This document shows, piece after piece, positions 17,799-27,945 of a DNA stretch of 64,000 bases. The notes beneath the pieces were generated by a model. That model did not search any database and was not told where the DNA came from. It was given only the letters and a program-made list of their open reading frames with translations. A program made the position numbers and the translations under genes. The stretch lies in sequence record OK040170.1. One strand, given 5' to 3'. Each line of letters opens with the position of its first letter. Within the stretch, counting starts at the first letter, position 1.

Positions 17799-18951
17799 TA
17801 TTTTTTCCTAAGTCGATAATAGATTGATCGTAACCAAAACCTGCCAGTGGATCAGGTGGCATTTCTTCGTAGTGGTACAGAGGAACTGCAGACCCTACTC
17901 CACGTAGACGCTCGTAAACATCCTTCTCAATGAACCAGCATAATTCGTAAGTACAAGGGTGAATCAGCGGATACGAGTAGAAGTTACAGAGGTCACGTTG
18001 TTCTGGAGTAACACGATAATAGTTGTTACTCTTAACCCGAATCTCTTCACGCGTTAACCGTGTTTTGTTAACGATTTCCAAGTCCGGATTAAATAGAGCA
18101 GTCGTTGTGTTGAATGCTTCAATCAACAACGGGTCATTATAGATAGCCCCGACGCTGTTAAATTGTACGGTCACTGTATCATTGCTGCGATCGTAGTTAT
18201 CGTCGTTATCGAAGTTGAATGTACCGCCCTGAGGGTTAGTACTAGGGAACGAATAACCAGTCCCGGCTATCTGCTGAACAAAGCGACGAGTTGGGTCGAG
18301 AATTAAGCGATAAACTCGGCAGGTATAATCGATACAGTTACGATAACGATTTCGTGGCCATGGAACCATTTTCTTAGTACGGATGTTTTCCATGTAAGAT
18401 TCCCAAACATCGAATAAACGAATGAATGGGTTACCGTCCATGTTAGTAAACGATGCCGTTAACTGAAAAGCTCCGCGAATACGATACGGGCCATCTGCCA
18501 TAGTCCACTGCTCACCCAAAATACCTTCAGGTGACGTATAAGTACCAACGGCGTTATCAGGGAAACCAGACAGTGATTTCAGGCCGTTAGTCAGGATACT
18601 AATAAATGCAGCCTTAGGATTGACGAGAGGAGTCGAATAACCAAAAGCCGGGTCGACACTACCATTAGGGTCTAAATACGCTCTAATGGCCGATGGGATC
18701 GTAATTGGGTCACTACTGATCAACGGAGTCAGGTGTCTATCTTGTGTAACATTATCGCGATGTAGGTTAAGGTCAGGCTTTGTAAAGAATGTCAGACCAA
18801 CCTGGTCTTTATTCGCCGCAACTACCGCACCGCGAGCACGATAATTATAACCAAAAAAGTTTTCGTAGACCTGACCGTACTTGGAACCAAGCCCGCCAGC
18901 CCTGAAAACCATATCTAGATTTTTACGAAGCGTATCGTCGTAAGACGCCAT
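17791..18951 (-). CDS. Baseplate/tail-tube-initiator-like virion protein (phiKZ gp88-like)
   Basis: 386 aa; VGLTFFTKPDLNL, IDYTCRVYRLILDP; overlaps the wedge gene; synteny. Confidence 0.6.
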   Translation of the reverse strand: MASYDDTLRKNLDMVFRAGGLGSKYGQVYENFFGYNYRARGAVVAANKDQVGLTFFTKPDLNLHRDNVTQDRHLTPLISSDPITIPSAIRAYLDPNGSVDPAFGYSTPLVNPKAAFISILTNGLKSLSGFPDNAVGTYTSPEGILGEQWTMADGPYRIRGAFQLTASFTNMDGNPFIRLFDVWESYMENIRTKKMVPWPRNRYRNCIDYTCRVYRLILDPTRRFVQQIAGTGYSFPSTNPQGGTFNFDNDDNYDRSNDTVTVQFNSVGAIYNDPLLIEAFNTTTALFNPDLEIVNKTRLTREEIRVKSNNYYRVTPEQRDLCNFYSYPLIHPCTYELCWFIEKDVYERLRGVGSAVPLYHYEEMPPDPLAGFGYDQSIIDLGKNNG

Positions 18952-18979
18952 TTTAAAAAACTCCTATAGAGGAAGCGAA

Positions 18980-20197
18980 ATGAAATTATCACTGAACTTG
19001 CCGTTGACGCCTATGGATGTTGTAGGCGGGTTGAAGACAGGCGTAATCCCAGAAGCGATAGCATTGTCTACTGCTGCCAAAGTTGGCGCAAAGGTCGGCG
19101 GTGCAATCGTAGATAACTTTAAGGGTTCTGCTAGCGATATCTCGCAAGCTCGCGCACTGATGGCGGACTCCCTGATCGATTACGCTCAACCTACCCGTGT
19201 CGAACCACTGACCTTGGTAGATGCTGCTCTCTACCAGCAACCGTACATGGAAGATATTCTGCAATCTCTGCTGAACGTCTTCGCAGGCTACTACACTCAA
19301 GCTATTGCGCTGAGCGCAGAAGTCGCTGGCGTTACTGTACTGAAACGCCTGGAACAATTTAACCCGCGCCGTGATCCGCGCAACTCTCTGGCTGAATATG
19401 CGTTCGGTGCAATCACCAGCGTATCAACTGAATCGGCTCCGGCTGTTTCCAACGAAGCTTTCCGTTTCGGCCTGCCTGCACTGGAAAGTGAAGGTGGTCC
19501 AGGTAAGAAACCTTCTACCGTTGAACTGGCCAACCGTGAGACGCTGAACTCCCTGCGGGAAAACAGCAACCTGGCTGTTGGTAAGATGATCGAAGTTTCG
19601 GTCATTGTTGACGATAAGACCTTTAAGGTACCTGTCAACGTTCGGTTACATACCATCCCGGTTCCTTCGGTCGCCATGACCAACATTCTGACTGCCGGCG
19701 CACAAAACCGCAGCACCAAAGAACGTTACTACGAGATGAAAGCAGGTAACTTGCGTTTCCTGAAAGATTTCATCGGCGTGGGCGATCTGTTGGATGCACA
19801 CCGTAAGAAGATCCTGAAAGATCCTACCGGTCTGTACCTGAAGTCTTTGAACGACAAGCGCAACAACACCATTTCCGGTTTCCTGTCTGGTCGTCCGTCT
19901 GTAGCCCAGGCGTCCCAGATTAACGTGATCACTGAAGAGACGGCAATCGCCATCGAACGTGAATTGGGTATTAAACTGAATACCTCTCGCGGCCGCAGTA
20001 TCATGGAAGACAACAGCTCTCAGATGCTCCTGGTCGTAGTTGATCGTGACTACAATCAAGTAACCATCTACCACCGCGGCGTTCCTGGCGCTACTGTTAT
20101 GTCAGTGGATTCCATGAAAAACGCCGGTAAAGGTAATGGCCCTGACGTCATGAAGCTGTTTGAAATGTACAAGCAGACTAAAGCCCCTACTTTCTAA
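18980..20197 (+). CDS. Head/inner-body protein (phiKZ gp89-like)
   Basis: 405 aa; cluster of STES/SNEA/ALES sites; NLAVGKMIEV; synteny. Confidence 0.7.
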   Translation: MKLSLNLPLTPMDVVGGLKTGVIPEAIALSTAAKVGAKVGGAIVDNFKGSASDISQARALMADSLIDYAQPTRVEPLTLVDAALYQQPYMEDILQSLLNVFAGYYTQAIALSAEVAGVTVLKRLEQFNPRRDPRNSLAEYAFGAITSVSTESAPAVSNEAFRFGLPALESEGGPGKKPSTVELANRETLNSLRENSNLAVGKMIEVSVIVDDKTFKVPVNVRLHTIPVPSVAMTNILTAGAQNRSTKERYYEMKAGNLRFLKDFIGVGDLLDAHRKKILKDPTGLYLKSLNDKRNNTISGFLSGRPSVAQASQINVITEETAIAIERELGIKLNTSRGRSIMEDNSSQMLLVVVDRDYNQVTIYHRGVPGATVMSVDSMKNAGKGNGPDVMKLFEMYKQTKAPTF

Positions 20198-20208
20198 AGG
20201 AACCGAAA

Positions 20209-21123
20209 ATGAAATTAAGTGGATTCTTCAAATCGTTGGTTCCTAACTTCGAGCGCTCTCGTGTACTCGATGAACTGGAACTGGCTCGTCGTCAACTGAT
20301 AGAGGAAACTCTGCCGGTATTCAAAGACACTGCTGAACAGAAAGTCTTCCCAGGCCCGAACCCATTCAAGTCTGCCCAGGTTAAGCGCATCAACTCCGTA
20401 TTCATGCGCGAAGCAAACACGCGCATCAACATGGTCGAAGCGTTGACTCGCATCCTGAGCTCAATGGCTGAAGGGATGCCTGAACTGGAAACTTACGTTG
20501 AGAACTCTTTCAAGAGCAACAGCGTAGTTAAAGCCGGCCTGACTTACAACAAGATCACCCTGATCCGTTTGATTGGTCTGACTGAGTTCTTCTGCCAATA
20601 TAGCCGCCGTGTACTCCTGTACATCTACGGTAAAGAAATCCCTGCCGCTTCTCGCGATCAAGCAGGTATGCCAGAACCCTTCACCAAAGGTGAAGTGAAA
20701 TGGCTGGAAGATAACCTGGTTAACTTCTCTCGTTGTGCGAAAGTATTCGCTCAGCCAATGCGCCAGATCCTGAACACCCTGGATGCCGTTCCGGATATCG
20801 TTTACGACCCGGATAAAGAAGCTGATGTTGAAGCTACTATCGGCCAAGCCAAAGTCGACCCGCTTCGTCTGCAGACTGGTTGGGTTCCGGTTGTTTCCGA
20901 TCTGATCTGGTGGATTGGTTCTGGTATCGTAGAATACCAGGCTAACCGTTACAATGCAGCCAAAGAAGAAAAGACTGCACTGGAACTCCGTCTGGCTCAG
21001 TTGCGCGGTGCACGTAACGGTAACAACGACGCGGCACAAGACCGTACTATCGAAGTTACCGAGAAACGTCTGCGCGACCTGAACTATAAACTGGTTAAGT
21101 GGGAAAAGGAATACGGCATCTGA
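20209..21123 (+). CDS. Head/inner-body protein (phiKZ gp90-like)
   Basis: 304 aa, C-terminal coiled coil, AAGGA RBS; synteny. Confidence 0.7.
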   Translation: MKLSGFFKSLVPNFERSRVLDELELARRQLIEETLPVFKDTAEQKVFPGPNPFKSAQVKRINSVFMREANTRINMVEALTRILSSMAEGMPELETYVENSFKSNSVVKAGLTYNKITLIRLIGLTEFFCQYSRRVLLYIYGKEIPAASRDQAGMPEPFTKGEVKWLEDNLVNFSRCAKVFAQPMRQILNTLDAVPDIVYDPDKEADVEATIGQAKVDPLRLQTGWVPVVSDLIWWIGSGIVEYQANRYNAAKEEKTALELRLAQLRGARNGNNDAAQDRTIEVTEKRLRDLNYKLVKWEKEYGI

Positions 21124-21124
21124 T

Positions 21125-21664
21125 ATGAAGCTGCAATCTTTCCAATATACGCCGATGGGCTTTCGTAGCCCATTATACGGCGAGCAAAAAACTGAGCCTG
21201 TTCCAGACCAACTGATCATGGAGTCTTGGCAACAGATGCTCACGGATCGGGGTGAAGCTACGAACGTTTGGGCTTTTCGCCGTAAAGTCATTAACCGCGC
21301 ATTAGACCGTCTGCGTTATTTCCCGGACTGGTTGGCTGCTCAGGATAACAACACCAAGTTGTCCAAGCAGATGCGTGCGTTTCTCGAAGATACCGTAACT
21401 TACATCAACACGGGCAAACGCCCGATGTCTCTTACGGTTCGGATAGCCTGCTTGGCTACTGAGCGATCGATGGATAACATACCCACGTTTATCCCGTCGC
21501 GCCACACGCCGTCACTGCGTAAAATGCTGACCGTAAAGGCAGAGGATTACATGTGGCACTGGTTGAAGCACGATGGTGGCTTTAACGATATGGTATGTAC
21601 GCTTAACGTACTCTTCGGCGATATCGACGCCGAGGCTTATAGTACACGAAATCTTAGTATCTGA
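21125..21664 (+). CDS. Virion structural protein (phiKZ gp91-like)
   Basis: 179 aa, starts 1 nt after the upstream stop; synteny. Confidence 0.6.
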   Translation: MKLQSFQYTPMGFRSPLYGEQKTEPVPDQLIMESWQQMLTDRGEATNVWAFRRKVINRALDRLRYFPDWLAAQDNNTKLSKQMRAFLEDTVTYINTGKRPMSLTVRIACLATERSMDNIPTFIPSRHTPSLRKMLTVKAEDYMWHWLKHDGGFNDMVCTLNVLFGDIDAEAYSTRNLSI

Positions 21665-21675
21665 GGAGTTAATCG

Positions 21676-23949
21676 ATGAAGTTTACAAAAAGTATTCTGG
21701 CTAAGCGCGCTTCCGCCCCGGCCGTAGAGTCTGAAGTAATTGATCAGGCTAAAATCGATCAGTTGGCTGAAAAGAACGCTGACATCGATGAAGTCGCTAC
21801 CGGCGGCGAAGGTATCCAAACTGCAGAGCAGAAACCAGATACTACCAAAGACATCACTATGTCTGAAGTAGACCAGGTCGTCGCTGGCGAATCGGATCCT
21901 AAAAACGTAGTTGGCGAACAGTCCGACGAGAAAGCTCCAGTTGTCAAAGACGCTGGCGCAGATCTGCCGGGTGCTGTAGGTAAAGGTGACGAAGTTGCTG
22001 ATAATAAAGGCAACACCGAAGTTCCGGATACCGAGAACGAAGACGAAACCGGCACCGCCCCAACTGAAACCAAACCAGACCCAGAAGCAGACAGCAACGA
22101 AGCTGTTGCCACTGGCGAAGAAACTGCTCCGTCTAAAGAAGACGCGGCCGCTGCTGTTGCAGCTGACCTGGAAGCAGATCCGGTAGATTCCCCGGTAACT
22201 GAAGAAGAAGGCACCGAAGCCTCTGCTGACGATACTGCCGAAGCCGCCGAAGAAGAAGCTAACCTGGACAACGCCGAAGCCGGTGCAGATACTGAAAGCG
22301 ATCCGGCCAACAGCGCTGAAGGCGAAGCTACCGAAGCCGAAGACCAACCAGGCGAAGAAGGCGCAGCTGAAGCTGCCGCTGAAGTTGCAGACGCTCCTGT
22401 AGAAGTGGCCGCTGTAGAAGTTGACCCAACCGAAGCAGGTGATACCACCGCAGCTGACGAAGTCGACGCTATCGCAGTTGGCGACGACGTAGTTGTTCCG
22501 GTTGAAGTTAACGAACCAGGTGAACCTGTTGTTGCCGAAGTCCAGTTCGAAGAGCCTGTTGGCGAAACCGAAATCGTTGTTGCTACTGGCGCCGCGACTG
22601 ATGGTACTGCTGATACCACGGCTGCTATCGTAGCTGAACCTGAAGCCGCACCGGTTGCTGTAGTAGAAGGCCCGGAAGCTACCCCTGACTTCGTTGCTGT
22701 TGCTGACGCCACCGATGGCGTTGTTCCAGCGGCTACCGAAGTAGACGAAGCGTTCGAATCTGCCGACGTTATCGAAACCGATATCGTTGAGCAAGAGCCT
22801 ACCTACGAAATCCTGAGCGAAGCCGTACAGACCTACCCAGAAGTTGTAGCTGTACTGGACAACGCACTGGCTAACGGCGGGATCTCTGTAGAAGCTGCTG
22901 CCCTGCTGAACATCTTCACTCAACGTGACGGTATCCCGGCTGGCATGAACGTCGCTACTGAGTCCTACGGCGGTTACGCTCGTTCTCAGACCCGCATCGC
23001 GCTGGAGAGCATCAAAGAGTCTCTGCGTCAATGGTGGGCTGACCTGGTTAAGTGGGCTAAAGAGCAACGCGATCGTCTGGCTGCGTGGCTGAAGTCTCTG
23101 TTTGATGCAAGCGCTGCTATGCGTAAAGAAGCAGAAGCAATCATCAAAGATGCAGAAGGCCTGACCACCGACGCTACTGGCGACATCGAAGTTAAAGATC
23201 CTTCCGCTCTGGTTAAGGACGGCGCGATCTCTACCGATATCGCTCGTGACGTAACTGAGCTGGCTCAACTGATCGGACGCGTATACGTTCCACTGGGCAA
23301 CGCCTGCATGGAAGGTTGTGGCAAAGCTGCTACCGTAATCGCTGATCTGAAAGGCGACGAAGAGAAAGGCGCCGTTGCAACTGAAATCGCTCGTGCATTC
23401 GAATCGGCTGACGCTGCGTTCCGTTCTAAACTGAACGAACCAGGTGCGACTGACGGCTTCCGTCAATCCAAAGTTCAGATCGGTGAACGTGTACTGCGCG
23501 GTAAAGTTGCTGACCATAACTCCGACGTAACTCTGTCTGACTTCGCCACCGGCGACGAGTGCCTGGCATTCGTACCAGTAACCGAAGAAACTCCGGCTGA
23601 CCTGACTGTCAAAGCTCTGAAACTGGGCGATACGGTTGATACTGCGAAAGCGGTACTGGCTCTGCTGGACGCTATCGAAGAAACCAAGAAGATGGAAGCA
23701 CCGTGCAAAACTGCAGCTGATAAAGTTGACGCTGCCGGCGAACATCTGGTTAAACTGGCCGAAGAAGACAGCACCAACAGCGAGCTGGTAAGCGAACTGC
23801 GTTCTGTCGTGATGTCTCTGCAAAAAGAGATGTCTACTCCGTTCTCTCGCTCCATGAAGTACTTCGCGGCTGTTGCTCGCGCTGCACTGAGTGCCGCTCG
23901 TCAGTCTCTGCCTAAAGCAGGTGCTGCTGAACAAAGCGAAGAAGCGTAA
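21676..23949 (+). CDS. Inner-head paralog 1 with a very long acidic propeptide
   Basis: About 430 aa of A/E/D/V/T-rich N-terminus, then VATES...IALESIKESLRQWW and the family core. Confidence 0.8.
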   Translation: MKFTKSILAKRASAPAVESEVIDQAKIDQLAEKNADIDEVATGGEGIQTAEQKPDTTKDITMSEVDQVVAGESDPKNVVGEQSDEKAPVVKDAGADLPGAVGKGDEVADNKGNTEVPDTENEDETGTAPTETKPDPEADSNEAVATGEETAPSKEDAAAAVAADLEADPVDSPVTEEEGTEASADDTAEAAEEEANLDNAEAGADTESDPANSAEGEATEAEDQPGEEGAAEAAAEVADAPVEVAAVEVDPTEAGDTTAADEVDAIAVGDDVVVPVEVNEPGEPVVAEVQFEEPVGETEIVVATGAATDGTADTTAAIVAEPEAAPVAVVEGPEATPDFVAVADATDGVVPAATEVDEAFESADVIETDIVEQEPTYEILSEAVQTYPEVVAVLDNALANGGISVEAAALLNIFTQRDGIPAGMNVATESYGGYARSQTRIALESIKESLRQWWADLVKWAKEQRDRLAAWLKSLFDASAAMRKEAEAIIKDAEGLTTDATGDIEVKDPSALVKDGAISTDIARDVTELAQLIGRVYVPLGNACMEGCGKAATVIADLKGDEEKGAVATEIARAFESADAAFRSKLNEPGATDGFRQSKVQIGERVLRGKVADHNSDVTLSDFATGDECLAFVPVTEETPADLTVKALKLGDTVDTAKAVLALLDAIEETKKMEAPCKTAADKVDAAGEHLVKLAEEDSTNSELVSELRSVVMSLQKEMSTPFSRSMKYFAAVARAALSAARQSLPKAGAAEQSEEA

Positions 23950-23978
23950 TAGTACCTCGACCATCACGTAGTAAAGAT

Positions 23979-24004
23979 CAGGGAGGGAGGTTTCTCCCTC
24001 CCTG
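23979..24004 (+). terminator. Intrinsic terminator
   Basis: CAGGGAGGGAG-GTTT-CTCCCTCCCTG followed by GTTTTC. Confidence 0.8.
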
Positions 24005-24044
24005 GTTTTCTATGTTCATCCTCCTCCTCTAGGGCAGAGAAATC

Positions 24045-25499
24045 ATGAAGATTAATCGCTATCGTCAGACATTGGCAAGTCGTCCAAGTGTGTCTGTCGA
24101 ATCAGATTCACAAGACGTCCACATCATCGATCATCAAGGCGAGCTAGTTCCAAAAGACACTGGCCCGGTTAAAATCCCAGATGGTACATTCGCACCACAG
24201 CACATTGCTAATCTGGACATTCCGAAAGATATGGACTTCTCCTCTATCGTTGAAGAAACCGATTTCAACGACAAGATCAAAACCTACGAAGGCGTCGTCA
24301 ACACTATCGAGAAAAACATGCCGCGCGGTGTGTCACTCGAAGCCGCTACATTCCTTAATCTCTTCGCAGAGAAAGAAGGTATCCCGGTGCAGATGTATGT
24401 TTCTAACGAATCGTACGATGCTTTGGGTAGTAGCCAAAGTGCCGTTGCGCTGGAAGGCTTTAAAGAAGCTATCCGTGAGTGGTGGGCTCGTTTCCGCGAA
24501 TGGCTGAAGAACATGGGTCAGCACCTGGAACAATGGGCGCAGCGTGTACTTACTGGTGCAGACCGTCTGGTAAGTCGTGCCCAGATCATTCTGGATAATG
24601 CCGATGACCGTACTCCAGGGGACGATCGCATTAAGTCCAACCGTATCGGTAAACTGGCAATTGACGGACAAGTCACCGACGTACCGCGTCATCTGCGTGA
24701 CCTGGCTAATATCTGCCGTGCTTCCTTCATCGATATTCAGAAAGCTGCTATCGACAACGGGAAAACTATCGCCAGCCTGGTTGCTTCTGTAGATCCAGCC
24801 AACGCTGACTCTGTAGGTAACACTGCAGATAAGATCAACAAAACCATTGAGCCGCCAATTAACTCAATGTCTTCATTCATGAAGAAGTCGGAAGATCCTA
24901 GTATCGCCGAAATCTTACTGCGTGGTAACGAAGGTATCTTTGCTGAGACTTACATTTCAGACAAGCTGCTGGGTAACTGCACTATCGCTGCTGTACACGT
25001 TAAAGCGAATGAGTCGGCTCAGCCGGTAGAGTACATGCGCAACGTGGCTAACGCAGTCCGTAACTGGCGCATTGAGTTCCTGGACGATACGGAAGAGTCT
25101 AAGAAATGGAACATGGGTACTTCCGGTGTAAACGAAGAAGAAGAGAACGAATTTAATCGTCTCTCTGCTGCCGATTGTCGTGCAGTTGCCGAGTCTGTTA
25201 AGAACATCGGTGAAGTTCTCCGTGGCTTGGAAGGTTTGGTATCCGATCGTCAGAGTACGCTGAATGAATTGAACCGTGCTGGTTCTCATCTTCAGAACGT
25301 GAATGGTGACGACGAAGACCAGAACGTAGGTTCCGTTGTTTCGTCTCTTCGTACCATCACCAGCTCCGTTGCTTCCCGTCTGTCTGGCCCAAGTACCAAA
25401 CTGGCTTCTTACTTCGGTAACATGGCACGTATCTCTCTGGAGTATGCCGAGAAGTCCCTGAAAGCCAAGTCGACAGATCTGTCTGGCGTTGCTGAATAA
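24045..25499 (+). CDS. Inner-head paralog 2 (SPN3US gp53/54, phiKZ gp93-like family)
   Basis: VSNESY...VALEGFKEAIREWW; KLAIDGQ core shared with neighbouring genes. Confidence 0.8.
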   Translation: MKINRYRQTLASRPSVSVESDSQDVHIIDHQGELVPKDTGPVKIPDGTFAPQHIANLDIPKDMDFSSIVEETDFNDKIKTYEGVVNTIEKNMPRGVSLEAATFLNLFAEKEGIPVQMYVSNESYDALGSSQSAVALEGFKEAIREWWARFREWLKNMGQHLEQWAQRVLTGADRLVSRAQIILDNADDRTPGDDRIKSNRIGKLAIDGQVTDVPRHLRDLANICRASFIDIQKAAIDNGKTIASLVASVDPANADSVGNTADKINKTIEPPINSMSSFMKKSEDPSIAEILLRGNEGIFAETYISDKLLGNCTIAAVHVKANESAQPVEYMRNVANAVRNWRIEFLDDTEESKKWNMGTSGVNEEEENEFNRLSAADCRAVAESVKNIGEVLRGLEGLVSDRQSTLNELNRAGSHLQNVNGDDEDQNVGSVVSSLRTITSSVASRLSGPSTKLASYFGNMARISLEYAEKSLKAKSTDLSGVAE

Positions 25500-25506
25500 A
25501 AACAAA

Positions 25507-25530
25507 TAGGGCGAGTTAATCCTCGCCCTA
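25507..25530 (+). terminator. Hairpin with TTAATC loop
   Basis: TAGGGCGAG-TTAATC-CTCGCCCTA, 9-bp stem; no clear U-tract. Confidence 0.55.
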
Positions 25531-25557
25531 AGATCAACTTTAAGATGGTAAGAAGAA

Positions 25558-26760
25558 ATGATCGATAAAATTGCAAGTGATGCAGACAACCTGAACGAGA
25601 TGCGAATCGCGTTGGAATCATTCGGTGAAACTATTCCGGAAGATGCCAAAGAGATTGCCAACCTTTACTTGGGTAATCCAACAGGTACTGAGGTATCGGT
25701 TGAGTCTGTCAAGGACAAAGCTAAAGAGCTCATCAAACGTCTGATCAAATGGCTGCAGGAAATGTACGCCAAGGCAAAAGACTGGATGCGCCAATACAAC
25801 CCTTCGATATTGAAACTGAAGCATCGTTTGGAGAAAGCGAAGACTGCCGTTTCAGAAGGAGAGTTCCGCCACGGTGAAGTGAAGTTCCGCTCAGCTAATC
25901 GTTTAGCAGTAGACGGTACTTTGGGTGATGGTATTGCATTCCGCCTGAACCAGGCCGTTGACATGATCAACAGTTTCTACATCGACTCTCGTAAAGACTC
26001 TGTGGCAACTGTTAAGAAGTTGATTGCCATGGCCGAAGACTTCATTACTGAGCACCCTGGCCATAGCGAAGGGCTTCGTGACGATACTGTCGAGTTCCGT
26101 AAGGAAATGATAGAGACCCTCAAACCTCTTGCTAATCGCATCGAGAATACTTTCAAAGGATATCGTCAATCTAATGAAGTAGTTCGTCGTCTTGGTTTAC
26201 CGAGTTCCTTTAACGTTAAGTTCGATGATGCTCACATGGTTTCATCCGAGCTTATGCCGGGTAACTACGCTATCTTTACGTTGATGGTTAACCATACTCC
26301 GATCATCCGGTTTAATGATGAAGGCGTCACCGAAACTCAAGCCATTGGCCGTCTTAGCGACGCATTGAAATATCTATACCCACATCTCGCTCATGTAGCG
26401 GATCAGGGTAAAGATATTCGTGCAGCTGAAGCCTTGGATAAGAAAGGTGCGGAAGATGTATTGAAGGAAGTCGAGAAGATCATTCAGATTAAAGAGTCCT
26501 TCTCTAAATTCCCGGCAGCCGAACTTATTCGTGACGTGACCAGAATGGCGGAGAAAGCACTTAAGAGCGACTACTACGTCTACGAGGCGATTAATATCTC
26601 TCGCGGCCTGATTGCTCTGATTAACTTCGACTCTGGTAAAGTCATGAGCTACCTGACGTCTTTAGCCAACGCCGCACTGGACTACGTAAACGCATCGCTG
26701 GGTCAGGTCACGGAAGAGGAAGTCGTACCAAACTACCCAGCACTAACTCATAAGGCTTAA
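25558..26760 (+). CDS. Inner-head paralog 3
   Basis: VSVESVKDKAKELIKRLIKWL; RLAVDG core; ELMPGNYA matches LLGNCT/FLGNYC in the paralogs. Confidence 0.8.
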   Translation: MIDKIASDADNLNEMRIALESFGETIPEDAKEIANLYLGNPTGTEVSVESVKDKAKELIKRLIKWLQEMYAKAKDWMRQYNPSILKLKHRLEKAKTAVSEGEFRHGEVKFRSANRLAVDGTLGDGIAFRLNQAVDMINSFYIDSRKDSVATVKKLIAMAEDFITEHPGHSEGLRDDTVEFRKEMIETLKPLANRIENTFKGYRQSNEVVRRLGLPSSFNVKFDDAHMVSSELMPGNYAIFTLMVNHTPIIRFNDEGVTETQAIGRLSDALKYLYPHLAHVADQGKDIRAAEALDKKGAEDVLKEVEKIIQIKESFSKFPAAELIRDVTRMAEKALKSDYYVYEAINISRGLIALINFDSGKVMSYLTSLANAALDYVNASLGQVTEEEVVPNYPALTHKA

Positions 26761-26762
26761 CA

Positions 26763-27944
26763 ATGAGCATCCTGGAAGATAAAACGGGGATTGTCCCTCC
26801 GCATATGCAGAAGCGGTTAAATGAACTGCACTCTCTGGAAGTGGCCTGTGAAGATTGCGATTGCGAATCGGGTATGTCTCCGGACGCGTATGAGATCTTA
26901 GCAGAGATGGCTCCAAGTTACGATATGGTTCTTCCACCTGCGCCAGAAGGCGACGGCCTGGGTATGAAACAAATCGCACTGGAATCCATCCGTTCCACCC
27001 TGAAACAATGGTGGGAACAACTCAAGGCTTGGGTTATCAAAATGCGCCGTACTATCATGTCCTGGGTACGTACTACCCTGCAAGGCATTGACGGTTTGGT
27101 TAAGCACGCTGATATCCTTCGTAAGTCGGTAGAAGCCAACAGTAACTTTGGCGGTAGCGATGTTGAAATCAAACACGCCAATCTATTGGCCATTGACGGT
27201 CAGCCGGTCAACGACTTGGCTCGTCAGTTGGAAGAGCTGCGTAAGATCAACGAAGTCGGGATGGAACGTTTCACTAAGCAAGGCCAGACCTCTGCGCGTG
27301 ATTTGACTAACGACTTGACCAAGTTGGATTTCCGTCAGGCGAGTAAAGCGGTAGAAGGTTACGTAGATGCATTCCCAATCATCTGCAAGACCAAAGTAAA
27401 CCCGAATGTATCAGAAGATCTTTTCGGCATGGATCCCCGTGAAGTAGACGAGCTGCGTATGTCGGATACTTTCCTGGGTAACTACTGCTTCGTGTCGGTG
27501 AAAGCTAAACGCGATACTCACTACACGAACTCCGAGATCGAGAACCTCCAAGCGGTAGTCGATTACGCTAAGCGTTCTAAAATCCGTTTCTATCAGGACG
27601 GTAATAAAGAAACTTACGAAGGCTCCCTGCCATCCGTAGATCAGCGCACAGCGGTTTCAATCATTGATGCAGCTGTGAACCTGGCTAAGTCTGTAAAAGC
27701 CTCTAACAGCCAACGCCAGGCCGAAGAACGACTGGAAAACGAATTCCTCAAGAAGGCCGACGCAGCAGCTAAAGTCTATCTGGAAGAAGACGCTGACGCG
27801 GCTCAGGCTCGTGCAGTACGTTCCCTGTTCTCCGTTGTGCTGACCATGATCAACGGTTTAGGTTTCCACTTCAGCGATTACCTGATCTCTACGGCCAAGT
27901 CTTCTTTGGCTTACGTAAACGAACTGAACAACTCAGAGGCTTAA
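26763..27944 (+). CDS. Inner-head paralog 4
   Basis: IALESIRSTLKQWW; LLAIDGQ; TFLGNYC. Confidence 0.8.
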   Translation: MSILEDKTGIVPPHMQKRLNELHSLEVACEDCDCESGMSPDAYEILAEMAPSYDMVLPPAPEGDGLGMKQIALESIRSTLKQWWEQLKAWVIKMRRTIMSWVRTTLQGIDGLVKHADILRKSVEANSNFGGSDVEIKHANLLAIDGQPVNDLARQLEELRKINEVGMERFTKQGQTSARDLTNDLTKLDFRQASKAVEGYVDAFPIICKTKVNPNVSEDLFGMDPREVDELRMSDTFLGNYCFVSVKAKRDTHYTNSEIENLQAVVDYAKRSKIRFYQDGNKETYEGSLPSVDQRTAVSIIDAAVNLAKSVKASNSQRQAEERLENEFLKKADAAAKVYLEEDADAAQARAVRSLFSVVLTMINGLGFHFSDYLISTAKSSLAYVNELNNSEA

Positions 27945-27945
27945 G

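Noticed and set aside
20461-21291. 276-aa antisense ORF and many other short overlapping ORFs in the track
   Set aside because: They overlap well-supported genes, lack RBS and have no recognisable motifs. The embedded o-spanin is the only exception kept.
21637-23967. 776-aa and 317-aa antisense ORFs over inner-head paralog 1
   Set aside because: Shadow ORFs: the sense gene's codon bias avoids TTA/CTA/TCA, so the reverse frames lack stops; no RBS or protein-like motifs.
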